From an uncultured bacterium (lineage in GTDB: Bacteria; Patescibacteriota; Microgenomatia; UBA1400; MFAQ01): DNA of 64,000 bases. Each line of letters starts with the position of its first letter. Positions within the stretch are counted from its first letter, which is position 1. The notes under the pieces are model-generated. The model saw only the letters and a program-made list of their open reading frames with translations. It was not told the origin of the DNA and ran no database searches. The position numbers and the translations under genes were made by a program. The stretch lies in assembly GCA_963980225.1 (NCBI GenBank), contig CAXBYW010000001.1, positions 99,301 to 163,300 of the forward strand, written 5' to 3'. Below, piece by piece: positions 28,219-36,496 of the stretch.

Positions 28219-28710
28219 ATGAAGACTTCTCAACAAGTATATCAAGATGCAAAATCTTTACTTGAAAATACTGAAATAATTGATTTGTTTAATGATCTAG
28301 GAACAGTACATATTGTCGGATCATACGCAGCTAATTTAATGTGGGACCCAGACATTGATATTGTTGTGGTAACAGATAATCCACAAGAATCTGCTATAAA
28401 GGCAATCAATGGTCTTGCAAGAAAAGAAAAATTTCAAAAACTTGAATTTGGAGATTTTAAAAACCATCCTAAGAAAAATAGACCAGAATCCTTTATTGTA
28501 AACGCGCGTAAAGAGTGGAAGGGTGAAAAATGGGAAATAGAAACATGGTTTGTTACAGAATTAGGTGATAACTTAGAGGTTATTGAAAAACTCAAAAATC
28601 TGAATAACAAAGATAAGGAAGCTATTATAGAAAAAAAGAAACAACGTTCTTTGTCTGGAAATACAAAACATGAGTTATCGTCATGGAAAATATATCAAGA
28701 TTTTATATAA
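28219..28710 (+). CDS. nucleotidyltransferase-fold protein (minimal NTase, pol-beta superfamily)
   Basis: GSYAANLMWDPDIDIVVV matches the GS-x(n)-DxD NTase motif. 163 aa. A TATAAT box sits 7 nt upstream of the ATG with no SD, suggesting a possibly leaderless transcript. Confidence 0.45.
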   Translation: MKTSQQVYQDAKSLLENTEIIDLFNDLGTVHIVGSYAANLMWDPDIDIVVVTDNPQESAIKAINGLARKEKFQKLEFGDFKNHPKKNRPESFIVNARKEWKGEKWEIETWFVTELGDNLEVIEKLKNLNNKDKEAIIEKKKQRSLSGNTKHELSSWKIYQDFI

Positions 28711-28772
28711 GTCCCAAAACTCGTGCGGGGTATACGGGACGACGTTCGAACTTTTTATCTGATTATTTAACC
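28711..28772 (+). repeat. repeat module copy R2
   Basis: GTCCCAAAACTCGTGCGGGGTATACGGGACGACGTTCGAACTTTTTATCTGATTATTTAACC. Confidence 0.5.
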
Positions 28773-29440
28773 AAATCTATTTCTCCCAAAACCTTTGTTT
28801 TATTTGGGGTCAAAAACTCATCATTTATAGAAACTCTTACAGTGTCCACAGTTAAGTCGCTAGTAATGGGTTTTAAATCCATTAGTTCTCTTATCAAGTC
28901 ATCTGGAATCTCTTTCTTAAATCTAACCAAACTCATCCATGCTAATCCATAAGCTCCTTCGGGGATTCCAATTTTCCAGTCCTGTTCTTGCCATATACTT
29001 CCCAGCTTATTTCTCATGTTCACTAGGTGATTTGCATTTTCTGCATTAAATATTCCGAACAAATTCTTCTTCCCTAGTAGGGGATAAATCATTTTTCCTT
29101 TTATCGCATCTTCCGTGTTTAAACTAGATTTAATACTATCCACCAAGGTCTCTAGATCCATGCCTTTCAAGTTTTCCTTTAGTACCCATTGAACTGAGAA
29201 GTGATAACCTTCCCAAGGCTGCCAAACTACATATTCATTTAGTCGTTCTGGTAACGCGTCTCGCATTTTTTCATTAATTGTTTTTCTATCGTCTAAGCTA
29301 GGTAGTAGAACTACACTTAATGTTATCGTTTCTACTTCCTTTTCAGTTAGGAGTACAACTCCGTTTTCTTCGACAAACTGCCGTTGTCCTTCTAAATTAT
29401 TTCTCCAGCCTTCAGGTATCTTTGAACTCAGTATCTCCAT
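28763..29440 (-). CDS. hypothetical protein
   Basis: 225 aa ORF with no recognisable motif. It has no SD and lies between repeat copies R2 and R3. Confidence 0.4.
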   Translation of the reverse strand: MEILSSKIPEGWRNNLEGQRQFVEENGVVLLTEKEVETITLSVVLLPSLDDRKTINEKMRDALPERLNEYVVWQPWEGYHFSVQWVLKENLKGMDLETLVDSIKSSLNTEDAIKGKMIYPLLGKKNLFGIFNAENANHLVNMRNKLGSIWQEQDWKIGIPEGAYGLAWMSLVRFKKEIPDDLIRELMDLKPITSDLTVDTVRVSINDEFLTPNKTKVLGEIDLVK

Positions 29441-29480
29441 AGTTCGATTCTAGCATCATAGATTAAAAAGAACCAATTGT

Positions 29481-29543
29481 GTCAAACTATGTCTGCGGGG
29501 CATACGGGACGATGTTCGAACTTTTTATTTGACTATTTAAACA
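29481..29543 (+). repeat. repeat module copy R3
   Basis: GTCAAACTATGTCTGCGGGGCATACGGGACGATGTTCGAACTTTTTATTTGACTATTTAAAC. Confidence 0.5.
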
Positions 29544-29562
29544 ATAAAACATGCACTCCCTA

Positions 29563-30054
29563 TTATTCTTCAAGAATGTCCAGTTGCAATAAAGCTGGGT
29601 CCCACGTTCCTTCAGCTACAATAGTATTATTCTCTACATAATAATTTAACCACCCACCATATTCTGAAAAAAAGCGTGACGCTGAGTATATTCCCATTCC
29701 ACCAATTCCTGGTTTTCCTTCATCGTCTAGTCTAGTAGTTTTTGGTTTTCCTGAATCCCTTATTGCAATTATTGCTTTTAAAACTGCCTCTGGATCATCA
29801 TACTCAAAATCATCCTTTATCGTTAACTTGCCAACTTCAAAACTAATCCAAACATTACTTGCACCTTCATCGCTTCCTGGAATCCTATTTTCCACACAGT
29901 TATTTATCAACTCAGCCACTTTTCCCCAAATTGCATCTCTTAAATCTCCACCATGATCGGCTGGTATCTCACCATCAAAATGAGCATCAACTTGATAGTG
30001 TTTTTCATATCCTTCAATAAGGTTAATATGGGGAATGCGTTCAGGAACAGCCAT
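29563..30054 (-). CDS. hypothetical acidic protein
   Basis: 163 aa ORF with no recognised domain. Confidence 0.4.
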   Translation of the reverse strand: MAVPERIPHINLIEGYEKHYQVDAHFDGEIPADHGGDLRDAIWGKVAELINNCVENRIPGSDEGASNVWISFEVGKLTIKDDFEYDDPEAVLKAIIAIRDSGKPKTTRLDDEGKPGIGGMGIYSASRFFSEYGGWLNYYVENNTIVAEGTWDPALLQLDILEE

Positions 30055-30210
30055 AATTTAACGGAATTATATATTAAACAAAAACAAGAATCCTTTATTT
30101 GGTAGAAAATGACAGATAATTATCTTATAAGTGATACAATGTGGGTTGTTCATTGAAATAGTTACCGTATCTCACATTCAATATTTTAATTTCATTCAAG
30201 GAGGTAAATC

Positions 30211-30360
30211 ATGAGTGATGAAGTTCTTATTTCTCCATGTCACAAGGAAGCACTTGTTCCCATACGTCGGGACGGAGAGATAATCTTTGTATGTGGCTAT
30301 TCACATTGTGATCGTGTGATAGCTGTAGATCTGTGTAGTGAAAATGTTTCTGCAGATTAA
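30211..30360 (+). CDS. small Cys/His-rich protein (49 aa), putative zinc-binding
   Basis: ATG at 30211 with the strong SD CAAGGAGGT 7 nt upstream. C-H...C-x4-HC...C pattern. Below the ORF-track size cutoff. Confidence 0.35.
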   Translation: MSDEVLISPCHKEALVPIRRDGEIIFVCGYSHCDRVIAVDLCSENVSAD

Positions 30361-30406
30361 ATATTAACTTGCTTAATTTTTAGTGCTATGCACAAGGAGA
30401 TCAATT

Positions 30407-30556
30407 ATGCGTAAAGTTTTCTTTATCATTCTTGCTTTTGTACTTGCAACCCTTTTTAGAAACTTACTGTTATCTGTTTTTAATATAGATATAGACTGGC
30501 TATCTACACTCATATTCTTAAGCGCTGGTTTTTTGGTTGGACGGATGAAGGATTAG
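30407..30556 (+). CDS. small hydrophobic protein (49 aa)
   Basis: ATG at 30407 with SD AAGGAGA upstream. Two predicted TM helices. Followed by an intrinsic terminator. Confidence 0.3.
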   Translation: MRKVFFIILAFVLATLFRNLLLSVFNIDIDWLSTLIFLSAGFLVGRMKD

Positions 30557-30587
30557 CCCACTTTTATATTTTTAGATCACAAACTTT

Positions 30588-30620
30588 CCTCTCAGAAAAA
30601 CTTCTGAGGGGATTTTTTAT
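30588..30620 (+). terminator. rho-independent terminator (CCTCTCAGAA-AAAC-TTCTGAGGGG + T-run)
   Basis: 10-bp stem with one G-U pair, a 4-nt loop, then ATTTTTTAT. It is part of the 80-bp module duplicated at 31611. Confidence 0.6.
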
Positions 30621-30682
30621 GCCTAAAAACCGTTGCGGGGTATACGGGATGATGTTCGAACTTTTTACACAACTATTTAGCC
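30621..30682 (+). repeat. repeat module copy R4
   Basis: GCCTAAAAACCGTTGCGGGGTATACGGGATGATGTTCGAACTTTTTACACAACTATTTAGCC. Confidence 0.5.
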
Positions 30683-30795
30683 TTAAACTAAGGTTTGAAT
30701 GACCCATAAGTTGTATTTTAAGTATAAATTTGGTATATTAAGCACATATTTACACTGGCACTTTAATATTGTTTTCTTAGTCAAGGAGGCTTAAA

Positions 30796-31266
30796 ATGGA
30801 TTATTTCACGATAGTTGAAGTCAAAAATGGGCCAGAGATCAGTAAGGCAATTTACGGCAACGACTTACCTGTTGATGATAATACAGTACATGAGTTAGTT
30901 CAAATACTCGCAGGCAATGATCCTTGTTCCCAAATAGCACTTTGTCCTGTAACGAATGAAAAATCTGTGCCCGCATTAGCCAGTGCTCAGCACACAATGA
31001 TCCTCGCATTTACAAACATGCTTGAAGATGGAATTTATGGCATTATAGAGTGGGTCTGCACGATTCTTGATCCTGCAATGCCAAAAGGATGGGGAGCGGC
31101 TCTTACACAACCAACCTTCTTTGATAGTGTTTTGATCTCTAGCAAAGAACCTATCTATTTGATAGTCCTTTCACCAATGGATCGCTCCAAAACAAGCCCC
31201 ATTACTCATTTTATGATGGGTGACCCGCATTGTGATGAATGCCCAACTCTTATTCCCATGGCATAA
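30796..31266 (+). CDS. hypothetical protein
   Basis: 156 aa. SD AAGGAGG 7 nt upstream. Cys-containing with a C-terminal HCDEC motif. Confidence 0.45.
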   Translation: MDYFTIVEVKNGPEISKAIYGNDLPVDDNTVHELVQILAGNDPCSQIALCPVTNEKSVPALASAQHTMILAFTNMLEDGIYGIIEWVCTILDPAMPKGWGAALTQPTFFDSVLISSKEPIYLIVLSPMDRSKTSPITHFMMGDPHCDECPTLIPMA

Positions 31267-31288
31267 CCAACAACCTTAGGAGGTTAAA

Positions 31289-31576
31289 GTGAACCTAGTA
31301 TTTTATTTAGTAATACAAATAACCCTAATAATGATCGGTACGTTCATATTGTCACGATTATCAGACAATCTTAAAACCTTTTCCAAGAAACAAAAGGTTG
31401 CATATTTCGCTTCAACAATCACACTCTTCTTTATCGCTGTTCTAATCGAGCCAAAGGAAATCGGTAATTGGTATGATCCACCCATTATCGTAGCAGATCT
31501 AATCCTTGCTATGGTGGTTGCAGGCATAATTTACTTATTTATGCTTTGGTATAACAACAAAACAGCCAAAAAATAA
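31289..31576 (+). CDS. hypothetical membrane protein (3 TM)
   Basis: 95 aa. GTG start with SD TAGGAGGT upstream. Confidence 0.4.
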   Translation: MNLVFYLVIQITLIMIGTFILSRLSDNLKTFSKKQKVAYFASTITLFFIAVLIEPKEIGNWYDPPIIVADLILAMVVAGIIYLFMLWYNNKTAKK

Positions 31577-31610
31577 AGCTTAAATTACAGTGAAAATACA
31601 TAAAAACTTT

Positions 31611-31641
31611 CCCTTCAGAAAACTTCTGGAGGGATTTTTTT
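31611..31641 (+). terminator. rho-independent terminator (CCCTTCAGAA-AAC-TTCTGGAGGG + T-run), near-identical to 30588
   Basis: Hairpin plus a run of seven T. It follows the plus-strand gene ending at 31576. Confidence 0.6.
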
Positions 31642-31690
31642 GTCTCAAAAACCTCTGCGGGGTATATGGGACGACGTTCGAACTTTTACT
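31642..31690 (+). repeat. repeat module copy R5
   Basis: TCTCAAAAACCTCTGCGGGGTATATGGGACGACGTTCGAACTTTTACT. It lies 315 bp from the genuine tRNA-Asp. Confidence 0.5.
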
Positions 31691-31949
31691 TATCTTTAAA
31701 TAGAATGATTTCTCCCTTGGTCAGTTTGTAAACTACTTCTGAATTGATGGATTCAATGGCTTTAAAACGTAAACCCGCCCCGTTTTGTGGTGCAAACAAA
31801 ATGTTGTGGTCAGGATATTGAGAAGCAAGAGATTTTTTAATTCTTGTGATTTCCTCGCCACATAAAGGCTCTTCAACAAGGTATCCACCAAAACAATCAT
31901 GTTCTATGGGGCAATCATCATAGCAAGGTGTTTTCTCTCGTTCTTTCAT
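31686..31949 (-). CDS. hypothetical small acidic Cys-containing protein
   Basis: 87 aa with CYDDCPIEHDC...C. No SD. Confidence 0.35.
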   Translation of the reverse strand: MKEREKTPCYDDCPIEHDCFGGYLVEEPLCGEEITRIKKSLASQYPDHNILFAPQNGAGLRFKAIESINSEVVYKLTKGEIILFKDK

Positions 31950-32004
31950 GTCTGGATCATATCACATGATATTCACACTCACTAAACACATCAAACTATC
32001 TCTG

Positions 32005-32079
32005 CGGGGCTGACCGGACTCGAACCGGCGACCTCTTCCGTGACAGGGAAGCGCTCTAACCAAACTGAGCTACAGCCCC
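32005..32079 (-). tRNA. tRNA-Asp (anticodon GTC)
   Basis: 75-nt cloverleaf on the minus strand: GGGGCTG...CTTCC-CTGTCAC-GGAAG...GCCGG-TTCGAGT-CCGGT-CAGCCCC-G. Confidence 0.85.
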
Positions 32080-32154
32080 AAAGCTGAGCTAATTTTATCA
32101 CGACCTAGGGTCAATATGCTAAACTAATTGATAGTTATTAGTCACACTCTATCT

Positions 32155-32742
32155 ATGGAATTTTTGTACTTAATTATCGCTGTCTCATTATTCTTAGGTC
32201 TTTACATTATTTCTACATATAACTGGTTCCAGACCAGCCTAGTTAGGATAAAAGCTAGTATCCAGGATATTGGTAACCAATTAAAAAGACAGGCCTCGTT
32301 AATTCCTAATCTAGAATCATCCGCCAAAGGCTATCTAAAGCACGAAAAGGGTATATTTAAATCTCTAACCGACGCTAGAAAAGCAGTCGATACAGCTGCT
32401 AAGTCAGGCAACATGAAAGACATTACCAAAGCTTCTGACAGCTTAAGTAAGGTTCTTCCTAAGATCCAAGTACTAGTGGAGAGCAACCCTGAGATAAAAG
32501 GGGAGAAGGTAGTAACAAAATTAATGAGTGAGTTGCGTGATACGTCAGACAAACTAATGTACGCCAGAAGGACTCTCATAGACCTATCTGCTGATTTCAA
32601 CCAGAAGCTCTTAGTCTTCCCCTCAAACTTAGTAGGTAATATGTTTAAGTTTAAGGCACAAAAAGGTCTGGGTACCCCAGATAGCGGGGCTCACCTAGAG
32701 GTAACCACAACGGAAACCAAAGACCCTAAAGTCTCTCTGTAG
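32155..32742 (+). CDS. LemA family protein
   Basis: N-terminal TM then a LemA-like helical domain (WFQ..LV...A.I.DIG.QLKRQA.LIPNL). Start placed at MEFLYL. Confidence 0.7.
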   Translation: MEFLYLIIAVSLFLGLYIISTYNWFQTSLVRIKASIQDIGNQLKRQASLIPNLESSAKGYLKHEKGIFKSLTDARKAVDTAAKSGNMKDITKASDSLSKVLPKIQVLVESNPEIKGEKVVTKLMSELRDTSDKLMYARRTLIDLSADFNQKLLVFPSNLVGNMFKFKAQKGLGTPDSGAHLEVTTTETKDPKVSL

Positions 32743-32752
32743 AACTTTTTAA

Positions 32753-33646
32753 ATGAAAAACATATACGAGCTAGCAGATATAAACAAGAGAAAAAGTGCG
32801 CTGGTTATCTTCCTCTTCATTGCTTTTATTACCCTAGCAAGTTACTTCTTGGCTTACAGTTTTGGCTACGATCTAAGCCTAGTTGGTTTCGTCTTAATCT
32901 TTTCCGGCATAATTTCGTTCGCTAGCTACTACTACTCGGACAGGATAATCCTAAGTATCTCTAGTGCTACTCCAGCCATCAGAGAAGACCATTTTGAGTT
33001 CTACACCGTTACTGAAAATCTAGTTAGAGTTGCTAGAATTCCCCAACCTAGACTTTTTGTCATAAAAGACACTGCTATGAACGCTTTTGCTACCGGCAGG
33101 GATCCACAACACGCGGTTGTAGTCGTTACTACCGGGCTACTAAGTAAGTTAAACCGTACAGAACTAGAGGGAGTTGTGGCCCACGAACTAAGCCACATTA
33201 GAAACTTTGACATTCGTCTTATGGGGATAGTGACCGTCTTAGTGGGAATGTTAACCTTACTAGCAGACATCCTTTTAAGATCAAGATTCAGAAGTAGCAG
33301 AGGTAAGAACGACTCAGGACAGATAGGTATCATTATCTTCATAGTAGGAGTTGCCCTAGCTCTTCTTTCTCCGCTAATAGCTAACTTAATCAAACTTGCC
33401 ATATCCAGAAGACGAGAGTTCTTAGCCGACGCTTCTGCGGTCAAGTTAACTAGGTACCCAGCCGGATTGGCTAGTGCCCTAAAGAAGATAAGTAAAGATA
33501 CTGAACCACTAGAGGCAGCTAACAAGGCCACTGCCCACCTATACATCTCTAACCCGCTTAAAAATACTCACAGCGCCATTGGCTGGTTTGCCAAGGCCTT
33601 TAACACTCATCCCCCAATAGGGGAGCGCATTAAGGCTCTTTCCTGA
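32753..33646 (+). CDS. htpX: M48 family zinc metalloprotease (HtpX-like)
   Basis: HELSH (HExxH) plus a downstream glutamate ligand, and 4 TM segments. It is paired with LemA as commonly seen. Confidence 0.8.
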   Translation: MKNIYELADINKRKSALVIFLFIAFITLASYFLAYSFGYDLSLVGFVLIFSGIISFASYYYSDRIILSISSATPAIREDHFEFYTVTENLVRVARIPQPRLFVIKDTAMNAFATGRDPQHAVVVVTTGLLSKLNRTELEGVVAHELSHIRNFDIRLMGIVTVLVGMLTLLADILLRSRFRSSRGKNDSGQIGIIIFIVGVALALLSPLIANLIKLAISRRREFLADASAVKLTRYPAGLASALKKISKDTEPLEAANKATAHLYISNPLKNTHSAIGWFAKAFNTHPPIGERIKALS

Positions 33647-33659
33647 TAAGATATATTAA

Positions 33660-35201
33660 ATGACTAGTGTAAAAGACATCGCCAAACTTGCCCATTTAAC
33701 TTTAACCGAAGAAGAGTTAAAGCTTTACTCAAAGCAGTTTGAGGCCATCTTAGGCTACATCGACCAGCTAAATAAAGTAGATACCAAAGGTGTAACACCA
33801 ACATTCCAGACAATAGACGACACCACCAATATTTTTAGAGAAGACAAAGTTCTCCCTGGACTAACTCAAGACCAAGCTCTTTCTGCTGCCAAAAAAACCC
33901 ACGATGGTTATTTTATAGCAGACCACGTCTTTGATCCCAAAGTAACTAAAAAAGCGGTCACTCATACTCCAAGAGAAAAACAAGACAACCTTGGTGCCAT
34001 CTTAACCAAGGTAGACCCAAAGGGAACCGTTGGTCACAAAGATCTCTTTTGTACTAAGGGTGTAGAGACAAGCGCTGGTTCAAATGTCCTGTCTGGCTAC
34101 ATTCCTCAGTACTCTGCTACCTTGGTCAATCAGTTTGAAGAAATAGGTTTAAAAACCAAGTACAAGTTAAACCAGGACGCTTGGGGTCATGGTTCAAGTG
34201 GTGAAAACTCCGACTTTTTCCCCACCCAAAATCCTTGGGACAAAAAAAGAGTTGCTGGTGGATCATCTAGCGGTAGTGGCGCAGCTGTTGCCGCAGGTGA
34301 AGTAGATATATCAACCGGTACCGATACTTGCGGTTCCATCAGGATGCCTTCAGCTTACTGTAACCTGACTGGTCTAAAACCTACCTATGGTGCTCTAAGT
34401 AGATACGGAGTCATTGCTTTTGCTAGTAGCCTAGACTGCCCTGGCATAATGACTACCTCGGCCGAGAAACTTAAAAAAACATTCAAGTCAGTTACTAAAA
34501 AAGACTCATTAGACGCTACCAGCCAGAGCTCCATTAGAGATAATGTCGAAACCAAGACAATTAAAACCATCGGTATACCTAAAGAATTTCTATCAGAAGG
34601 AATCGATAAGGAGATCAAGGAAATCACCTTAAAAGCCAGTAAGGATCTTGAGAAGGCAGGCTTCAAAGTAAAATACGTATCCTTACCCCACGCTGAACTT
34701 GCTATCGCTGCCTACTATATTATCGCTCCAGTAGAAGCTTCAAGTAACCTAGCTAGATACGATGGAGTCAGGTATGGTAATGATAGAACTCATTTCGGTC
34801 CAGAAGCTAAAAGAAGAATAATGTTAGGTACTTTTGCTTCCTCTGCTGGCTATGCAGACAAGTATTACGAGCAGGCTGCCAAGGTTCGTACTTTAATAAT
34901 CAACGACTTTAAAAAGGCTTTTGAGTCAGTCGATGCTATCTTAGCGCCAGTCTCACCAACAGTCCCCTTCCTTCTAGGTGAAAAGGTAGATGATCCTCTA
35001 AAACTATATCTAATGGACATCTACACCGCTCCAGCCAGTCTTGCTGGTGTTCCATCACTATCTCTTCCTTGTGGTTTCTCACAAGAACTACCTGTGGGCA
35101 TGCAGTTAATCGCACCACGCTGGAATGATCTAAAACTTCTTGAGTTGGCAGAAAAATATCAAGAGTTAACCGACTGGCACAAGAAGAAACCAAACATATG
35201 A
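33660..35201 (+). CDS. gatCA: GatC-GatA fusion: aspartyl/glutamyl-tRNA amidotransferase subunit C fused to the subunit A amidase
   Basis: The first ~95 aa match GatC (IAKLAHLTLTEEELKLYSKQFEAILGYIDQLNKVDTKGVTP). The remainder is the amidase-signature enzyme (GGSSSGSGAAVAAGEVDISTGTDTCGSIRMP). gatB follows with a 4-bp overlap. Confidence 0.75.
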   Translation: MTSVKDIAKLAHLTLTEEELKLYSKQFEAILGYIDQLNKVDTKGVTPTFQTIDDTTNIFREDKVLPGLTQDQALSAAKKTHDGYFIADHVFDPKVTKKAVTHTPREKQDNLGAILTKVDPKGTVGHKDLFCTKGVETSAGSNVLSGYIPQYSATLVNQFEEIGLKTKYKLNQDAWGHGSSGENSDFFPTQNPWDKKRVAGGSSSGSGAAVAAGEVDISTGTDTCGSIRMPSAYCNLTGLKPTYGALSRYGVIAFASSLDCPGIMTTSAEKLKKTFKSVTKKDSLDATSQSSIRDNVETKTIKTIGIPKEFLSEGIDKEIKEITLKASKDLEKAGFKVKYVSLPHAELAIAAYYIIAPVEASSNLARYDGVRYGNDRTHFGPEAKRRIMLGTFASSAGYADKYYEQAAKVRTLIINDFKKAFESVDAILAPVSPTVPFLLGEKVDDPLKLYLMDIYTAPASLAGVPSLSLPCGFSQELPVGMQLIAPRWNDLKLLELAEKYQELTDWHKKKPNI

Positions 35202-36496
35202 AGAAACAACCAATCATCGGTATGGAGATCCATGTCGAGCTATCCACCAACTCCAAGATGTTCTGCTCTTGCCCGGCTGATCACTTTGCCAAAACTCCTA
35301 ACTCCCAGACCTGTCCAGTCTGTCTAGGACTACCAGGAGCCATGCCAGTACCAAATAAAAAAGCCATAGACGACGTCATTACCATCGGTCTTGCACTAAA
35401 CTGCAAAGTCAACCAGTTATCAAAGTTTGACAGGAAACACTATTTCTATCCAGATCTCCCCAAGGGCTACCAGATCAGCCAATACGACCAGCCTTTTAGC
35501 GAAAATGGCTATCTTGTCTTAGATTCTGGTAAAAAAGTCGGTATCACCCGTGTTCACCTAGAGGAAGACACTGCCAAGTTGATTCACAAGAAAATAGATG
35601 GCAAACAAGTCAGTCTAGTAGACTTTAATCGTTCCGGTGTCCCATTAGTGGAGATAGTTACCGAACCAGATCTTGAGACTCCAGAAGAGACAAAAGAATT
35701 CCTAAAAAAGATTCATCACCTAATAAAGACTTTGGGTGTATCAAACGCAGATATGGAAAAAGGCTCCATGCGCTTAGAAGCCAACATCTCCATTGGTGAC
35801 CCAGACAATCTACCCGACTACAAGGTGGAGATAAAAAATGTCAACTCTTTTAGGTACATTACCAACGCCATCAACTACGAAATCAAAAGACAGACTGAAC
35901 TACTAAAACAAAACGAAACTCCTGTTCAAGAAACCAGAGGTTGGGACAGAATCAAAGGTTTAACTTTCTCTCAAAGAAAAAAGGAGTCAGAAGACGACTA
36001 CAGATACTTCCCTGAGCCAGACATACCTCCAATAAAGCTAGAAAAAGAACAAATAGAGGCATTAAGAAGTAAATTACCCAAGCTTCCACAAGAGATAATC
36101 AGTGGTTTAATCGACTTAGAAATAAAGCCAGAATTTGCCAAATTAATCGGTAAAGACAAAAAACTAGTCGATTTACTTAGTGAGCTAATCAAAGACAAAG
36201 ATGTAGATCCAAACAAGCTGGCCAGTTTCTTTGTAAACGGCAGACTTGACCCTAATGGCTCCATTGGCTCGATTAGAGACAGTTATCTTGAACAAACTAA
36301 AACGGGCATTACCGACTCTGACTTAATTGGTAATCTGGTTACAAAGATAATAAAAGAAAACGAAAAGGCCGTTACCGCTTATAAACAAGGTAATCAAAAC
36401 GCCATAGGCCCTCTCATTGGCCAGGTAATTGCTTTAAGTAAAGGTCAAGCAGACCCTGTTACTGTCCGTCAGGTGTTAACCAAAAAACTTAAATGA
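35198..36496 (+). CDS. gatB: aspartyl/glutamyl-tRNA amidotransferase subunit B
   Basis: N-terminal IGMEIHVEL...CSCP...CPVCLGLPGAMPV and a C-terminal GatB_Yqey-like helical domain. Confidence 0.85.
   Translation: MKKQPIIGMEIHVELSTNSKMFCSCPADHFAKTPNSQTCPVCLGLPGAMPVPNKKAIDDVITIGLALNCKVNQLSKFDRKHYFYPDLPKGYQISQYDQPFSENGYLVLDSGKKVGITRVHLEEDTAKLIHKKIDGKQVSLVDFNRSGVPLVEIVTEPDLETPEETKEFLKKIHHLIKTLGVSNADMEKGSMRLEANISIGDPDNLPDYKVEIKNVNSFRYITNAINYEIKRQTELLKQNETPVQETRGWDRIKGLTFSQRKKESEDDYRYFPEPDIPPIKLEKEQIEALRSKLPKLPQEIISGLIDLEIKPEFAKLIGKDKKLVDLLSELIKDKDVDPNKLASFFVNGRLDPNGSIGSIRDSYLEQTKTGITDSDLIGNLVTKIIKENEKAVTAYKQGNQNAIGPLIGQVIALSKGQADPVTVRQVLTKKLK

Noticed and set aside
28160-31690. GTTCGAAC palindrome inside each repeat copy as a Gram-positive-type LexA (Cheo) box
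   Set aside because: The Cheo box is CGAAC-N4-GTTCG with a 4-nt spacer. Here the half-sites are inverted and abutting (GTTCGAAC). The motif is also explained by the tRNA T-arm (GGTTCGA) ancestry of the repeat.
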